A stretch of 64,000 bases of DNA from Methylophilaceae bacterium (GTDB lineage: Bacteria > Pseudomonadota > Gammaproteobacteria > Burkholderiales > Methylophilaceae): the NCBI GenBank assembly GCA_016778465.1, contig JADHPM010000006.1, positions 4,209 through 68,208 on the forward strand, given 5' to 3'. Below the pieces are notes generated by a model. That model made no database searches. It saw nothing but the letters and a program-made list of their open reading frames with translations, and had not been told where the DNA came from. Made by a program: the position numbers and the translations under genes. Of the stretch, positions 1-11,846 are shown one piece after another; the first letter of the stretch is position 1; every line of letters starts with the position of its first letter.

Positions 1-503
1 CCACTAATTAAGGAAAAGCCTACAAATACACTGAAGGGTGAGAGCCAGTCCCACCAACCACCAGCATATGCTCTTCCTTCGACATCAATACCTTGAATAA
101 ATGCACCGAGAGCAATACCTTGCATCAGCGTTGCTATAATCGAGCCTAGTATAAAAGCCTGGTCCCAAATATTTTTTTTTGATTTTGATTTCCATCTAAA
201 CTCGAATGCAACCCCTCGGAGAATTAAACCAATAAGCATAGCGGTTAAGGGGGCATAAAGGGCAGGCAAAATAATACTATATGCCAAAGGAAATGCAGCA
301 AATAATCCTCCACCACCGAGGATCAGCCATGTCTCATTTCCATCCCATATTGGCGCAACTGAATTCATTGCCATATCACGATCTACTTTTTTTGTGAGGA
401 AAGGGTAAATAATTCCAATACCCAAGTCGAAACCATCGAGCACGATATATGCAAAAATAGCAAATGCCAAGATCACTGCCCAAATCAATTCAATGCTAAT
501 CAA
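1..503 (-). CDS. cydB: Cytochrome bd ubiquinol oxidase subunit II, N-terminal part (3' end runs off the window)
   Basis: My translation of the minus strand from 503 is open to position 1: (M)ISIELIWAVILAFAIFAYIVLDGFDLGIGIIYP...NETWLILGGGGLFAAFPLAY...LRGVAFEFR, typical of a CydB N-terminus. TTG start overlaps the cydA stop (TTGA). Lies directly downstream of cydA. Confidence 0.85.
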   Translation of the reverse strand, partial: MISIELIWAVILAFAIFAYIVLDGFDLGIGIIYPFLTKKVDRDMAMNSVAPIWDGNETWLILGGGGLFAAFPLAYSIILPALYAPLTAMLIGLILRGVAFEFRWKSKSKKNIWDQAFILGSIIATLMQGIALGAFIQGIDVEGRAYAGGWWDWLSPFSVFVGFSLIS

Positions 504-1897
504 AAGGTTTTTTTAACCCTTCCTAGAGCATTAACTATATAACTTATGCCCCCCCGCTCGGCCAAAACGTTATTAAACTTTTCATTTTGATCAGGATCAA
601 TTTGGAATTGCTTGAAAATGTAGAAAACTCCAGATCCAAATATTATAAAGTAAGTAATAATAAACGTGATGAGAGACAACCCAACTGCGAGGGCATCTAT
701 AGGTGCTACAGAATCAACTGTTTTCAGAAGACCGTATACAGTGTATGGTTGTCGTCCGACTTCTGTTGTGACCCATCCGGCAATTACAGCAACAAAACCA
801 ATAGGGCCAGAAAACATTAAAACCCTGCAGTACCATCGGCAACTATATAAAATTCCTTTAACTCTCATCCAGAGGCTTGCAAAGCCAATGGCAATCATGA
901 GCAAACCTATTCCAACCATAAGACGAAATGACCAGAAAATTATCTCTGCTGGGGGTCTTTCGTCTCGAGGCCATTCGTTAAGTCCCCTGATTTCCCCGTC
1001 GAGTGAATGGGTTAATATTAAACTTCCAAGCTTGGGAATTGATACCTCGTAATCAATACGTCCTTCTTCATCATTTGGTATGCCAAACAAGATTAATGGA
1101 GCACCTTTTTTAGACTCATAGTGACCCTCCATTGCTGCTACTTTTGCTGGTTGATACTCAAGAGTATTTAAGCCATGAAAATCACCTGCAATTAATTGTA
1201 GTGGAGCTATACAAGCAATCATCCATAAACCCATTGAAATCATTGTTTTTGAATTTGTATTACTCGTATTAGTCTTTAGTAAATGAAAAGCGCCAACCGA
1301 AACTACAACAAATGCAGTTGTTAAATATGCCGCCATCAACATATGGATCAATCGATAAGGAAAAGACGGGTTAAAAATAATCTCAAACCAATCTAAAGGG
1401 ATAAATTGACCAGTTGCGTTAATATCAAAGCCTGTTGGGGTATGCATCCAGCTATTGACTGACAATATCCAAAAAGCTGAAAAAAAAGTTCCAAAGGCTA
1501 CCATTAAGGTAGCAAAAAAATGAAGTTTTTTTCCAACTTTATTTAACCCAAAAAGCATGATACCTAAAAAACCAGCTTCAAGAAAAAAGGCAGATAAGAT
1601 CTCATAACCCATCAACGGCCCAAGAACAGGTCCAGTTTTGTCTGAAAATACCGACCAATTTGTGCCAAACTGGTAACTCATAACAATTCCAGAAACAACT
1701 CCCATAGCAAATGCAACAGCAAATATTTTCAGCCAATACTTAAATAAATCCAAGTATCGTTGCTCTTTTTTCCATAGCCACAAACCTTCTAGAACGGCTA
1801 AGTAAAATGCCAGCCCAATAGTAAATGCAGGAAAAATTATATGAAAACTTACAACAAAAGCAAATTGAAAACGCGCTAAATCAATTGCATCAATCAT
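500..1897 (-). CDS. cydA: Cytochrome bd ubiquinol oxidase subunit I (short, 465 aa, CIO-like length)
   Basis: 465-aa polytopic membrane ORF with CydA-like motifs (FQFGTNW, GWVTTEVGRQPY), followed by cydB. Confidence 0.92.
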   Translation of the reverse strand: MIDAIDLARFQFAFVVSFHIIFPAFTIGLAFYLAVLEGLWLWKKEQRYLDLFKYWLKIFAVAFAMGVVSGIVMSYQFGTNWSVFSDKTGPVLGPLMGYEILSAFFLEAGFLGIMLFGLNKVGKKLHFFATLMVAFGTFFSAFWILSVNSWMHTPTGFDINATGQFIPLDWFEIIFNPSFPYRLIHMLMAAYLTTAFVVVSVGAFHLLKTNTSNTNSKTMISMGLWMIACIAPLQLIAGDFHGLNTLEYQPAKVAAMEGHYESKKGAPLILFGIPNDEEGRIDYEVSIPKLGSLILTHSLDGEIRGLNEWPRDERPPAEIIFWSFRLMVGIGLLMIAIGFASLWMRVKGILYSCRWYCRVLMFSGPIGFVAVIAGWVTTEVGRQPYTVYGLLKTVDSVAPIDALAVGLSLITFIITYFIIFGSGVFYIFKQFQIDPDQNEKFNNVLAERGGISYIVNALGRVKKTF

Positions 1898-1924
1898 TTA
1901 TAAATACTTTCAGTGTTCATAGAT

Positions 1925-2203
1925 TTATTTTTCAGTGTTGATAATTTCAAAAAAAATTTCGCCTTCTTTAATCATCTCAAGCTCATCTCGAGCCCTTTCC
2001 TCAATTGCATCTGTCCCTTTTTTGAGGTCATTAACTTCAGCCCTGAGAGCATCATTCTGCTTTTCTAACTCTTGGTTAATTTCTTTTTGATTTTGATACT
2101 TGTTATTTAAATCAAAAACATTTAGCCAGCCACCTCTTGAAAACCAAAGTGGGTATTGAATTAGAATTATCAATATAACAAAAAGAACAGTTAAAAATTT
2201 CAT
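1925..2203 (-). CDS. ftsB: Cell division protein FtsB (septum formation initiator)
   Basis: 92 aa with an N-terminal TM segment and a coiled coil. Conserved position downstream of eno; 1-nt TAATG junction with eno. Confidence 0.85.
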   Translation of the reverse strand: MKFLTVLFVILIILIQYPLWFSRGGWLNVFDLNNKYQNQKEINQELEKQNDALRAEVNDLKKGTDAIEERARDELEMIKEGEIFFEIINTEK

Positions 2204-3492
2204 TAATTCAAATGCAATTGATAAAATGCAGATAGGCCGGCATATTTTGCTTGATCCCCCAGTGATTCCTCTATCCTTAAAAGTTGATTGTATTTTGCAA
2301 CCCTGTCTGATCGAGACATTGATCCAGTTTTAATTTGCATTGCATTTAAACCAACAGCAATATCAGAAATGGTGGTATCTTCCGTCTCACCTGAGCGATG
2401 CGAAATGACCGCGGTGTAGTTTGCTTGCTTAGCTAGATTAATTGTCTCAAAGGTTTCGGTCAGGGTGCCAATTTGATTAGCTTTAATGAGCACTGAGTTA
2501 GCAATATTTTTTTTAATACCCTCTTTTAGAATAACTGGATTTGTCACAAATAAATCATCACCGACCAACTGAATATTTTGACCTAACTTTCTTGTTAACA
2601 GACTCCAGCCATCCCAATCAAATTCACTCATACCATCCTCAATACTGATAATTGGGTACTTGTCACACCAGGATGACAAGTAATCGGTCATTTGATCTGA
2701 ATCAAGAATAGTATTTTCTGATTTTAGATGGTAGGCATTATCTTTATAAAATTCGGTACTAGCACAATCCAGTGCCAGAAAAACATCCTTACCTGCCTCG
2801 TAGCCAGCCAATTCAATAGACTCCATAATCAGTTTTATAGCCGACTCATTAGATCCGAGATTCGGCGCAAAACCACCTTCATCGCCTACTGTTGTGGCTA
2901 ATTTTTTTTGCGTTAAATTTTTGTGAAGTGCATGAAAAATTTCTGCTCCACATCTGATAGCTTGGGAAAATGTTGGGAGCCCTGCAGGAACAATCATAAA
3001 TTCTTGAATATCAATATTATTATCCGCGTGAGCTCCTCCATTAATGATGTTCATCATAGGCGTAGGTAAACTAAAAGGGCAGTCTGTGTTGAAATATTTG
3101 TATAAAGGAACACCTTGATTTTTTGCTGCCGCATGTGCGGCTGCCATTGATACGGCGAGAATAGCATTCGCACCTAGATTGCTTTTATTTTCAGTGCCAT
3201 CCAATTCCAGCATGATTTGATCAATATCTTTTTGGTTCTCCGCGCTCTTGTTTAGCAATGCCTGTTTAATTTTAGTATTGATATTTTCAATTGCCTTGCT
3301 AACACCCTTACCAAGATAAAAACTTTTATCTTGATCTCTAAGCTCTATTGCTTCTTTGCTTCCTGTCGATGCACCAGACGGTACGGCAGCTCTGCCATAT
3401 ATTGCGTTAGATAATATAACATCAGCCTCAACGGTAGGGTTTCCGCGTGAATCTATAATCATACGGCCCTTTATATCCTTAATAACACTCAT
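2203..3492 (-). CDS. eno: Enolase (phosphopyruvate hydratase)
   Basis: 429 aa, full-length enolase pattern ([11 protein letters not shown]..., [17 protein letters not shown]-like). Confidence 0.97.
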   Translation of the reverse strand: MSVIKDIKGRMIIDSRGNPTVEADVILSNAIYGRAAVPSGASTGSKEAIELRDQDKSFYLGKGVSKAIENINTKIKQALLNKSAENQKDIDQIMLELDGTENKSNLGANAILAVSMAAAHAAAKNQGVPLYKYFNTDCPFSLPTPMMNIINGGAHADNNIDIQEFMIVPAGLPTFSQAIRCGAEIFHALHKNLTQKKLATTVGDEGGFAPNLGSNESAIKLIMESIELAGYEAGKDVFLALDCASTEFYKDNAYHLKSENTILDSDQMTDYLSSWCDKYPIISIEDGMSEFDWDGWSLLTRKLGQNIQLVGDDLFVTNPVILKEGIKKNIANSVLIKANQIGTLTETFETINLAKQANYTAVISHRSGETEDTTISDIAVGLNAMQIKTGSMSRSDRVAKYNQLLRIEESLGDQAKYAGLSAFYQLHLN

Positions 3493-3505
3493 TATTGAAT
3501 CCTAA

Positions 3506-4336
3506 TTAAAATAAATTTTTTCTTGATTTAACCAAATAATCTAGATCTTTTAAAACAGATAAAAGGTCTTTCATATTTTTTAGTGGAACAGCATTAGGAC
3601 CATCCGATAATGCCTCTTGTGGATTAGGGTGAGTCTCCATAAAAATTCCTGAAATTCCAACAGAAACTGCTGCCCTCGCCAATAATGGAACATATTCGCT
3701 CTGTCCACCACTTCTATCTCCCTGACCTCCAGGTTGCTGAACAGAGTGCGTAGCATCGAATACGACAGGACAATTAGTTTCTCTCATTATTGATAAGCTT
3801 CTCATATCTGAAACTAAGGTGTTGTAGCCAAATGAAGCACCTCTCTCACAAACCATAATATTATCAATACCTCCATTAGCGTCTTTTGCTTTCTGGGCAA
3901 CTTGCTTCATATCATGTGGTGCCAAAAACTGTCCTTTTTTAATATTTACTGGCTTACCTGATCTAGCGACGGCATTTATGAAATCTGTCTGCCGACATAA
4001 AAAAGCAGGGGTTTGAAGAACATCAACAACTTCAGCAACGTTCTTTACCTGGTCTTCAGTGTGTATGTCTGTAAGAACAGGTACATTAATTTGATTTTTC
4101 ACCTCAGATAAGATTCTCAGCCCCTCATCAAGACCAAAGCCACGAAAAGTTTTATTAGAGCTCCTGTTTGCTTTGTCGAATGAAGATTTAAAGATAAATG
4201 GAATTTCTAGGTCATCTGTTATCTCTTTTAACTGTCCAGCAACATCTATGGTCATTGATTCAGACTCGATCACACACGGACCAGCTATTAAAAAAAGTGG
4301 TTGGTCTAAGCCAACATTAAAATGACATAGTTTCAT
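3506..4336 (-). CDS. kdsA: 3-deoxy-8-phosphooctulonate (KDO8P) synthase
   Basis: 276 aa, KdsA-like throughout (AGPCVIES..., FDKANRSS). Sits in the pyrG-kdsA-eno arrangement. Confidence 0.95.
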   Translation of the reverse strand: MKLCHFNVGLDQPLFLIAGPCVIESESMTIDVAGQLKEITDDLEIPFIFKSSFDKANRSSNKTFRGFGLDEGLRILSEVKNQINVPVLTDIHTEDQVKNVAEVVDVLQTPAFLCRQTDFINAVARSGKPVNIKKGQFLAPHDMKQVAQKAKDANGGIDNIMVCERGASFGYNTLVSDMRSLSIMRETNCPVVFDATHSVQQPGGQGDRSGGQSEYVPLLARAAVSVGISGIFMETHPNPQEALSDGPNAVPLKNMKDLLSVLKDLDYLVKSRKNLF

Positions 4337-4338
4337 AG

Positions 4339-6015
<1,677 letters not shown>

Positions 6016-6044
6016 TCAAAGGTACGCGACTAACAATCAATACT

Positions 6045-6698
6045 TTAATCTTTTCCCCAACGACTATAGGTTTGAAATCGATCCAAAACATCAACCATAT
6101 CGTCATCCGATAAAATTTTAGGCTCAGAAATCTTCTGGGCATTAATATATACCATAGATAAATGTTCGATTTCTTCAGTAATATCATAGGCGGTTTCGAG
6201 ATCCTCGGCCGCAGTCACAAGACCATGGTTAGCTATCAAACAGGCTTTGCGATCTCGCATTGCCTCTAAAATATTATCAGATAATTCTTGAGTACCAAAT
6301 AAAGCATACTTGGCACATCGAATATCTTTACCTCCAGCAACAGCAATCATGTAATGGAAAGAGTTTAAAGCTTTATCTATTGTGCTTAGAGCAGTTGCGT
6401 ATGGGCAATGTGTGTGAATTACAGCATTAATATTTTTATTCATTCTGTAAAGATCTTTATGAAAAAGCCATTCGCTGGAAGCATTTAGTGGACTAGTATT
6501 AATTTTTTTTCCGTGCATATCAAGCTCAACCATAATTTCGGGTATTAGATTTCTATTTGCAATACCAGATGGAGTAATTAAAAAACCTTCTTTTGTTCTA
6601 AGGCTACAATTACCTGTTGCCCCATGATTGAAGCCATTATTATTTAACCTTATTGCAACATCACAAAGGCGCTCTTTTTCTTTTAAATAATTAGCCAT
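6045..6698 (-). CDS. Class II aldolase/adducin-family protein (MtnB-type dehydratase or DHAP-shunt aldolase)
   Basis: 217 aa with the class II aldolase metal-site context (AVIHTHCPYATAL). Overlaps mtnA by 8 nt, suggesting translational coupling. Confidence 0.75.
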   Translation of the reverse strand: MANYLKEKERLCDVAIRLNNNGFNHGATGNCSLRTKEGFLITPSGIANRNLIPEIMVELDMHGKKINTSPLNASSEWLFHKDLYRMNKNINAVIHTHCPYATALSTIDKALNSFHYMIAVAGGKDIRCAKYALFGTQELSDNILEAMRDRKACLIANHGLVTAAEDLETAYDITEEIEHLSMVYINAQKISEPKILSDDDMVDVLDRFQTYSRWGKD

Positions 6699-7761
6699 TT
6701 ATATGCCTCCCAATATTTTCAGGATCAATAATACCCTCTTCACTTATAACACTTGTAACGTATTTTGATGGAGTTATATCAAATGCAGGATTAAGGGCAG
6801 CCGAACGACCAATTTTTAATGTATCAATATCACCTTTTTTATTAATTCCAGAAATTGTAAGGAGCTCCTCAGGATCTCGATGCTCTATTTCAAAAGATTT
6901 TTTTTGATTACCCATAAAATTGACATCAACTGTGCTAAGCGGAGCGGCAACATAAAAAGGTATTTGATGTTCGTGTGCAGCAACAGCTTTTAAATATGTG
7001 CCTATCTTGTTCACCACTTGCCCATCTATTCCAATTCTGTCTGCCCCAACTAAGATACAGTCCACTTGACCTTGCTGCATCAAGAAACCTGCAGCATTGT
7101 CTGCAATTATTGTATGCGGTATTTTTGCCTGCTCGAGCTCCCATGCAGTAAGATTGGTCCCTTGGTTACGCGGTCGCGTCTCACTGACCCAAACATGGAT
7201 ATTCATTCCAGCCTCGCTAGCAAAAAAGATAGGGCTTAGTGCTGTGCCATAATCAACAGTTGCAAGCCAACCTGCGTTGCAGTGAGTCATTATATTAACC
7301 TTATTCAAATTAAGTTTTTTAATTAATTGAAGCCCATGGATACCAATACTTTTGTTTGTATTTACATCATCGTCTGCAATTTGTTGTGCAAATGCCCATG
7401 CCGCCTCAAGCCGATCATTCGGGTTAATATTATGTAAGAGGTTAGAAACTCTATTGACTGCCCATGCCAAGTTGACTGCCGTTGGCCTTGAATTGATTAA
7501 TTTCTTTGATACCTCAGCAATAAACGCATCAGAAGAATCAGCTTTTTCTCTTATCGCTAAGGCTACACCAAATGCGGCTGTAACCCCAATGAGAGGAGCC
7601 CCCCTCACTTGCATGGTTGTAATTGCTGAAATTACCTCGTCAAGTTTGGATATTTTTTTAAAAACGAGTTGATGCGGCAGGAGTGTTTGGTCAATAATCT
7701 CAACAAAAGTCTTGCTATCAGAAGCCCGTATGGTGCGTATATCTTTTTTATTAATTTTCAT
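6691..7761 (-). CDS. mtnA: S-methyl-5-thioribose-1-phosphate isomerase
   Basis: 356 aa, eIF-2B alpha/beta/delta-like MtnA pattern (MQVRGAPLIG, TRPRNQG, GADRI). Confidence 0.9.
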   Translation of the reverse strand: MKINKKDIRTIRASDSKTFVEIIDQTLLPHQLVFKKISKLDEVISAITTMQVRGAPLIGVTAAFGVALAIREKADSSDAFIAEVSKKLINSRPTAVNLAWAVNRVSNLLHNINPNDRLEAAWAFAQQIADDDVNTNKSIGIHGLQLIKKLNLNKVNIMTHCNAGWLATVDYGTALSPIFFASEAGMNIHVWVSETRPRNQGTNLTAWELEQAKIPHTIIADNAAGFLMQQGQVDCILVGADRIGIDGQVVNKIGTYLKAVAAHEHQIPFYVAAPLSTVDVNFMGNQKKSFEIEHRDPEELLTISGINKKGDIDTLKIGRSAALNPAFDITPSKYVTSVISEEGIIDPENIGRHING

Positions 7762-7978
7762 TATATTTATTTAACAAATTTTTATATAAAAACAGTCCAC
7801 AAATTCTGTGGATAACTTTGTGTATAAATCCTGTATAAAATCGCAACTTATGATTTTTAAAGGCTTTTTTTTTATCGATTAAAATTTAAGCTAAAAAAAA
7901 ATCTTTTAAAAACAATTACTTACTGTATCTCATTGTCAACATTACATTTTTTCATAAAAGTTAAAGTAGAACTTGAAG

Positions 7979-8758
7979 TCATGTGTATAACTTAACTAAA
8001 TTAGGGAAAGCTTGGTACGTATTATCCTTAACAATAGCAGCCAATTCAGACACTTTTAACCCCTTAATTTTTGCTAAAAATTGACCAATTTTGGGTAATT
8101 GCTCTGGAGAGTTTTTTTCTCCTTTTTCAAGCCATTCTGGTGCAATATCTGGGGCATCTGTTTCGAGAAGAATCGACTCTAATGGAAGTGTCTTCGCAAG
8201 AAACTGTAAGTGTGTAGCTCTAGCGTATGTCATTGCTCCTCCAAAGCCCAGTTTAAAACCCATATCAATAAACTGAGAAGCTTGCTGCGTGCTACCATTA
8301 AAGGCGTGCGCAACTCCCCCTTTCACATTATATCGGCGAAGATTTTTTAACACTTGGTCAATTGCCCCTCGCACATGCATTATTACAGGCAAATCATGTT
8401 TTTTTGCAAGCTTTAATTGAGCAACAAAAATAGTTTCTTGTAAGTTAAAATTTTGGTCATTGCTAAACATATCTAGACCTATTTCGCCTATGGCAAGTGG
8501 CTTATTTTGACCAATACAATTATCAAGTATTTCTAAATCAGCATCACCTACATTCTCTAAAAATAAGGGGTGAAAGCCAAGAGCATAGTCGCACCAGTTA
8601 TGATTGCTAGCAAGATTTATCACCCTGTCTAAATTTTTCGGGCTAACTGAGGGGACTATAATCTTCTCAATTAATTGTACTTTTAATCGACCACTCAGGA
8701 CTGCTAGGTCCTCTTTGGAATAAATAAAATCCAAATGACAGTGGCTATCAATCCACAT
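7979..8758 (-). CDS. TatD-family metal-dependent hydrolase/DNase
   Basis: MWIDSHCHLDF N-terminus. I place the start at the internal ATG at 8758, because the track ORF extends 14 codons into ribD. Confidence 0.88.
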   Translation of the reverse strand: MWIDSHCHLDFIYSKEDLAVLSGRLKVQLIEKIIVPSVSPKNLDRVINLASNHNWCDYALGFHPLFLENVGDADLEILDNCIGQNKPLAIGEIGLDMFSNDQNFNLQETIFVAQLKLAKKHDLPVIMHVRGAIDQVLKNLRRYNVKGGVAHAFNGSTQQASQFIDMGFKLGFGGAMTYARATHLQFLAKTLPLESILLETDAPDIAPEWLEKGEKNSPEQLPKIGQFLAKIKGLKVSELAAIVKDNTYQAFPNLVKLYT

Positions 8759-9845
8759 GACTGTAATGTACTTTCGATAAGTATCGAATGTCGCCAGCAA
8801 AATTTCGGATGTCGCTATGTTCCAAATAAATCCTATCCTTCATAGATTGCAAAACTGGTTGATTAAATAAAGAGTTAGCATCACCAGCTAATAGTATTGG
8901 AGCTTGATAAATAATTAATTCATCAATCAATTGTGCTTTTAATAGTTCGCCATTCAGTGTTGGGCCAGATTCAACCAAGATGTCATTAATCTCCATATCA
9001 CCTAACTGTTTTAGGAGAACTGTAAGGTCTATTAAGCCATTCTTGGTTTTTGTTCTGATAAGTTTAATTTTTTTATCTTCAAGTAGGTTTTGTATTCCAC
9101 GGGGGTCGTCATGATGAAAAATTATAATGTTTGATTGATTTAAAATTTTTGCATTTATATTTACTGACAAATGAGTATCTAAAATTATCCTTATTGGCTG
9201 AGTGTCAATCCCACTTTGCCTGACATTCAATTGCGGGTCATCCGCATTAATGGTTGAAACGCCTGTCAAAACTGCTGCGCTAATTTGTCGCCATTTTTGA
9301 ACATCTTTGCGAGATGCCTCCGAACTAATCCATTTGCTTTCACAATTATTAAGACTTGTTTTTCCGTCAAACGAGCAAGCAATTTTAGACCTGACGTAGG
9401 GTCGTCTTTCGAGCATACGCTTATAGAATCCAGGATTTAATTTTTCACATTGCTCCTGCATAAAATTGACCTCTACATTAATTCCTGCGGCCCTTAATTG
9501 TTTTATTCCCTCACCATTTACCATAGGGTTAGGATCTTTCGAGCCAATAACAACTCGCGCGACGCCAGCTTTGATTATTGAATCAACGCAAGGTGGAGTC
9601 CTTCCCTCATGTGAACATGGCTCCAAAGTGATATATAAAGTAGAATTTTTAGATTTTGAACCGGCCTCTTTTAATGCAAAAATTTCTGCATGGTCACAAC
9701 CTGCTTTAATATGAAATCCTTGGCCTATAATTTTTTCATTAGCAACTAAAACTGATCCTACGCACGGATTTGGGTGCGTCTTCCCCAATCCCTTTTTTGC
9801 CAAATTTATGGCTTTATTCATAAAAAAATTATCCACGGTAGTCAA
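8748..9845 (-). CDS. ribD: Bifunctional riboflavin biosynthesis deaminase/reductase RibD
   Basis: 365 aa; CMP/dCMP deaminase zinc site (HAE...PCxxxxxxxPC) followed by a reductase domain. Typical nrdR-ribD pairing. Confidence 0.93.
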   Translation of the reverse strand: MTTVDNFFMNKAINLAKKGLGKTHPNPCVGSVLVANEKIIGQGFHIKAGCDHAEIFALKEAGSKSKNSTLYITLEPCSHEGRTPPCVDSIIKAGVARVVIGSKDPNPMVNGEGIKQLRAAGINVEVNFMQEQCEKLNPGFYKRMLERRPYVRSKIACSFDGKTSLNNCESKWISSEASRKDVQKWRQISAAVLTGVSTINADDPQLNVRQSGIDTQPIRIILDTHLSVNINAKILNQSNIIIFHHDDPRGIQNLLEDKKIKLIRTKTKNGLIDLTVLLKQLGDMEINDILVESGPTLNGELLKAQLIDELIIYQAPILLAGDANSLFNQPVLQSMKDRIYLEHSDIRNFAGDIRYLSKVHYSHVD

Positions 9846-9848
9846 GAG

Positions 9849-10295
9849 CTAATCTAGGTCTTTAATTGCGTTATTAAAATCTTCAACATCAGAAAAGCTA
9901 CGGTAGACTGATGCGAAGCGAATATATGCGACCTTATCAAGCTTTTTCAATTCATGCATCACAAACTCCCCTAGATCCCTAGAATTAATTTCTCTTTCAC
10001 CCAAGGCAAGAATTTTGGTAATGATGGTCTCCAACGCCTGATCGATATACTCTGCAGGTACTGGTCTTTTATGTAGAGCTCTAGACATAGAGTGGAGTAG
10101 CTTCTCTCGATTAAATTCTTCTCGCTTGGCATCCTGCTTGATAATTTGTGGTAACGACAGCTCAATGTGCTCATAGGTTGTAAAACGTTTTTCACATCTA
10201 CCACATTTTCTGCGCCTACGAATAGAATTAGCTTGATCATTGACACGGGAGTCAATAACCTGTGTATCTTCAGCTCTGCAAAAAGGACATTTCAT
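9849..10295 (-). CDS. nrdR: Transcriptional repressor NrdR
   Basis: 148 aa, starts [17 protein letters not shown] (zinc ribbon), then an ATP-cone. Confidence 0.95.
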   Translation of the reverse strand: MKCPFCRAEDTQVIDSRVNDQANSIRRRRKCGRCEKRFTTYEHIELSLPQIIKQDAKREEFNREKLLHSMSRALHKRPVPAEYIDQALETIITKILALGEREINSRDLGEFVMHELKKLDKVAYIRFASVYRSFSDVEDFNNAIKDLD

Positions 10296-10300
10296 AAACT

Positions 10301-11548
10301 TTATTTGCCATAAACAGGAAATTGTTTCGTCAGTTCGTTTACTTTAATTTTGACTGAAGTAATATTTGTTTCATCATCCGGTTGATCTAGGACATCTGCA
10401 ATCAAATTCGCAACCTGCTTAGTCTCGGCCTCCAGAAATCCTCGCGTTGTAATGGCTGGAGTGCCTAATCGAATTCCTGAGGTCACAAAAGGGCTTTCAG
10501 GATCATTAGGGACTGAGTTTTTATTCACGGTAATATGGGCCTGGCCTAACAACTGATCCGCTTTTTTACCTGTTAAATTTTTTGGACGAAGATCAACTAA
10601 AAAAACATGCGATTCGGTTCTGCCAGAGATGATGCGATACCCCCGTTCTTGTAATGCGCTAGCCAAGGTTTGAGCGTTCTTAACAACCTGTGCCTGATAA
10701 CTTTTGAACTCAGGTTTCAACGCCTCTAAGAAAGCAGTAGCTTTTGCTGCAATTACATGCATTAGAGGTCCGCCTTGAATTGCAGGGAATACAAAGGAGT
10801 TAATAATTTTTTCAAACTCTGGCTTGGCAATAATAAACCCTCCACGCGGCCCTCTGAGAGACTTGTGGGTGGTTGACGTTACAAAATCTGCGTAAGGTGT
10901 TGGGTTAGGATACGCTCCTCCAGCAATCAAGCCAGAGTAATGTGCCATATCAACCATGAAATATGCGCCAACTTTTTTTGCGATCTCTGACATACGCTTC
11001 CAATCAAATCTCAAGGAGTAAGCAGAGGCGCCACCAATGATGAGTTTTGGTTTTGTTTCAGTAGCAGTTTTCTCCATCTCATCATAATCAATTTCTTCTT
11101 TATCGTTTAACCCGTAAGGAACTACATTGAATAATTTGCCTGAAAGATTTGCAGGTGAGCCATGTGTCAAGTGTCCTCCATGCCCAAGATTCATTCCCAT
11201 TATGGTATCCCCAGGTTTAAGGATCGCAAAATAAACAGCCTGATTTGCTTGGCTACCAGAATGCGGCTGCACGTTAACATATTCAGCCCCATAAAGCTCT
11301 TTTAAACGATCTATTGCGAGCTTTTCAACTTGATCAACAAATTCGCAACCACCGTAAAAACGCTTGCCAATATAGCCTTCTGCGTATTTATTGGTTAATT
11401 GAGATCCCTGTGCCTGCATAACTGCAGGGCTGGTATAGTTTTCAGAGGCTATCAATTCAATATGCTGTTCTTGTCGCTCTGTTTCATTTAATATCTGGCT
11501 CCATAATTCTGGATCAGTTTTTTTAAGTAATAGGTCTTTATTAAACAT
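10301..11548 (-). CDS. glyA: Serine hydroxymethyltransferase
   Basis: 415 aa; [14 protein letters not shown] and [12 protein letters not shown] (PLP lysine motif). Confidence 0.97.
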   Translation of the reverse strand: MFNKDLLLKKTDPELWSQILNETERQEQHIELIASENYTSPAVMQAQGSQLTNKYAEGYIGKRFYGGCEFVDQVEKLAIDRLKELYGAEYVNVQPHSGSQANQAVYFAILKPGDTIMGMNLGHGGHLTHGSPANLSGKLFNVVPYGLNDKEEIDYDEMEKTATETKPKLIIGGASAYSLRFDWKRMSEIAKKVGAYFMVDMAHYSGLIAGGAYPNPTPYADFVTSTTHKSLRGPRGGFIIAKPEFEKIINSFVFPAIQGGPLMHVIAAKATAFLEALKPEFKSYQAQVVKNAQTLASALQERGYRIISGRTESHVFLVDLRPKNLTGKKADQLLGQAHITVNKNSVPNDPESPFVTSGIRLGTPAITTRGFLEAETKQVANLIADVLDQPDDETNITSVKIKVNELTKQFPVYGK

Positions 11549-11651
11549 AAATTATTGGATTAATTATCTATTGTTATTCAACAAGATATCTTATCATGTT
11601 AAAAGTTTAAGTTATTTAACAAAACGAACCCTAGGGAGTTAAATTTAAGTT

Positions 11652-11846
11652 ATGCAATGGACTGATACGCAAGAAATCGCTGAAAGGCTTTACGACCTTA
11701 AACCAGATGTTGATCCGAAAACCATTAGGTTTACCGATCTTATGAAGTGGGTTATCGAGTTAGAGGGCTTTAGTGATGACCCAAATAAATGTGGGGAACG
11801 TATTCTAGAAGCAATTCAACTTGCTTGGATAGATGAGTATGAGTAA
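11652..11846 (+). CDS. iscX: Fe-S cluster assembly protein IscX
   Basis: 64 aa, collinear with E. coli IscX/YfhJ (WTD..EIAE.LYD..PDVDPKT.RFTDL..W). Stands alone, with no isc operon in the window. Confidence 0.85.
   Translation: MQWTDTQEIAERLYDLKPDVDPKTIRFTDLMKWVIELEGFSDDPNKCGERILEAIQLAWIDEYE

Noticed and set aside
587-1052. Two plus-strand ORFs (77 and 128 aa) inside cydA
   Set aside because: They are antisense to a full-length, clearly homologous cydA, have no RBS and have low-complexity or odd composition. These are typical shadow ORFs.
7762-7978. Possible chromosomal replication origin (AT-rich spacer with a DnaA box)
   Set aside because: There is only one exact DnaA box plus one weak inverted copy. 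I could see no cluster of boxes and no repeated 13-mer unwinding element. None of dnaA, dnaN, gidA or parAB is nearby. I kept it only as a low-interest regulatory-site observation.
11549-11651. Riboswitch or leader structure (for example ZTP/pfl or a THF-related element) upstream of glyA
   Set aside because: The 103-nt divergent spacer is AT-rich, with no conserved GC-paired helices or recognisable motif. It probably holds only the promoters for glyA and iscX.
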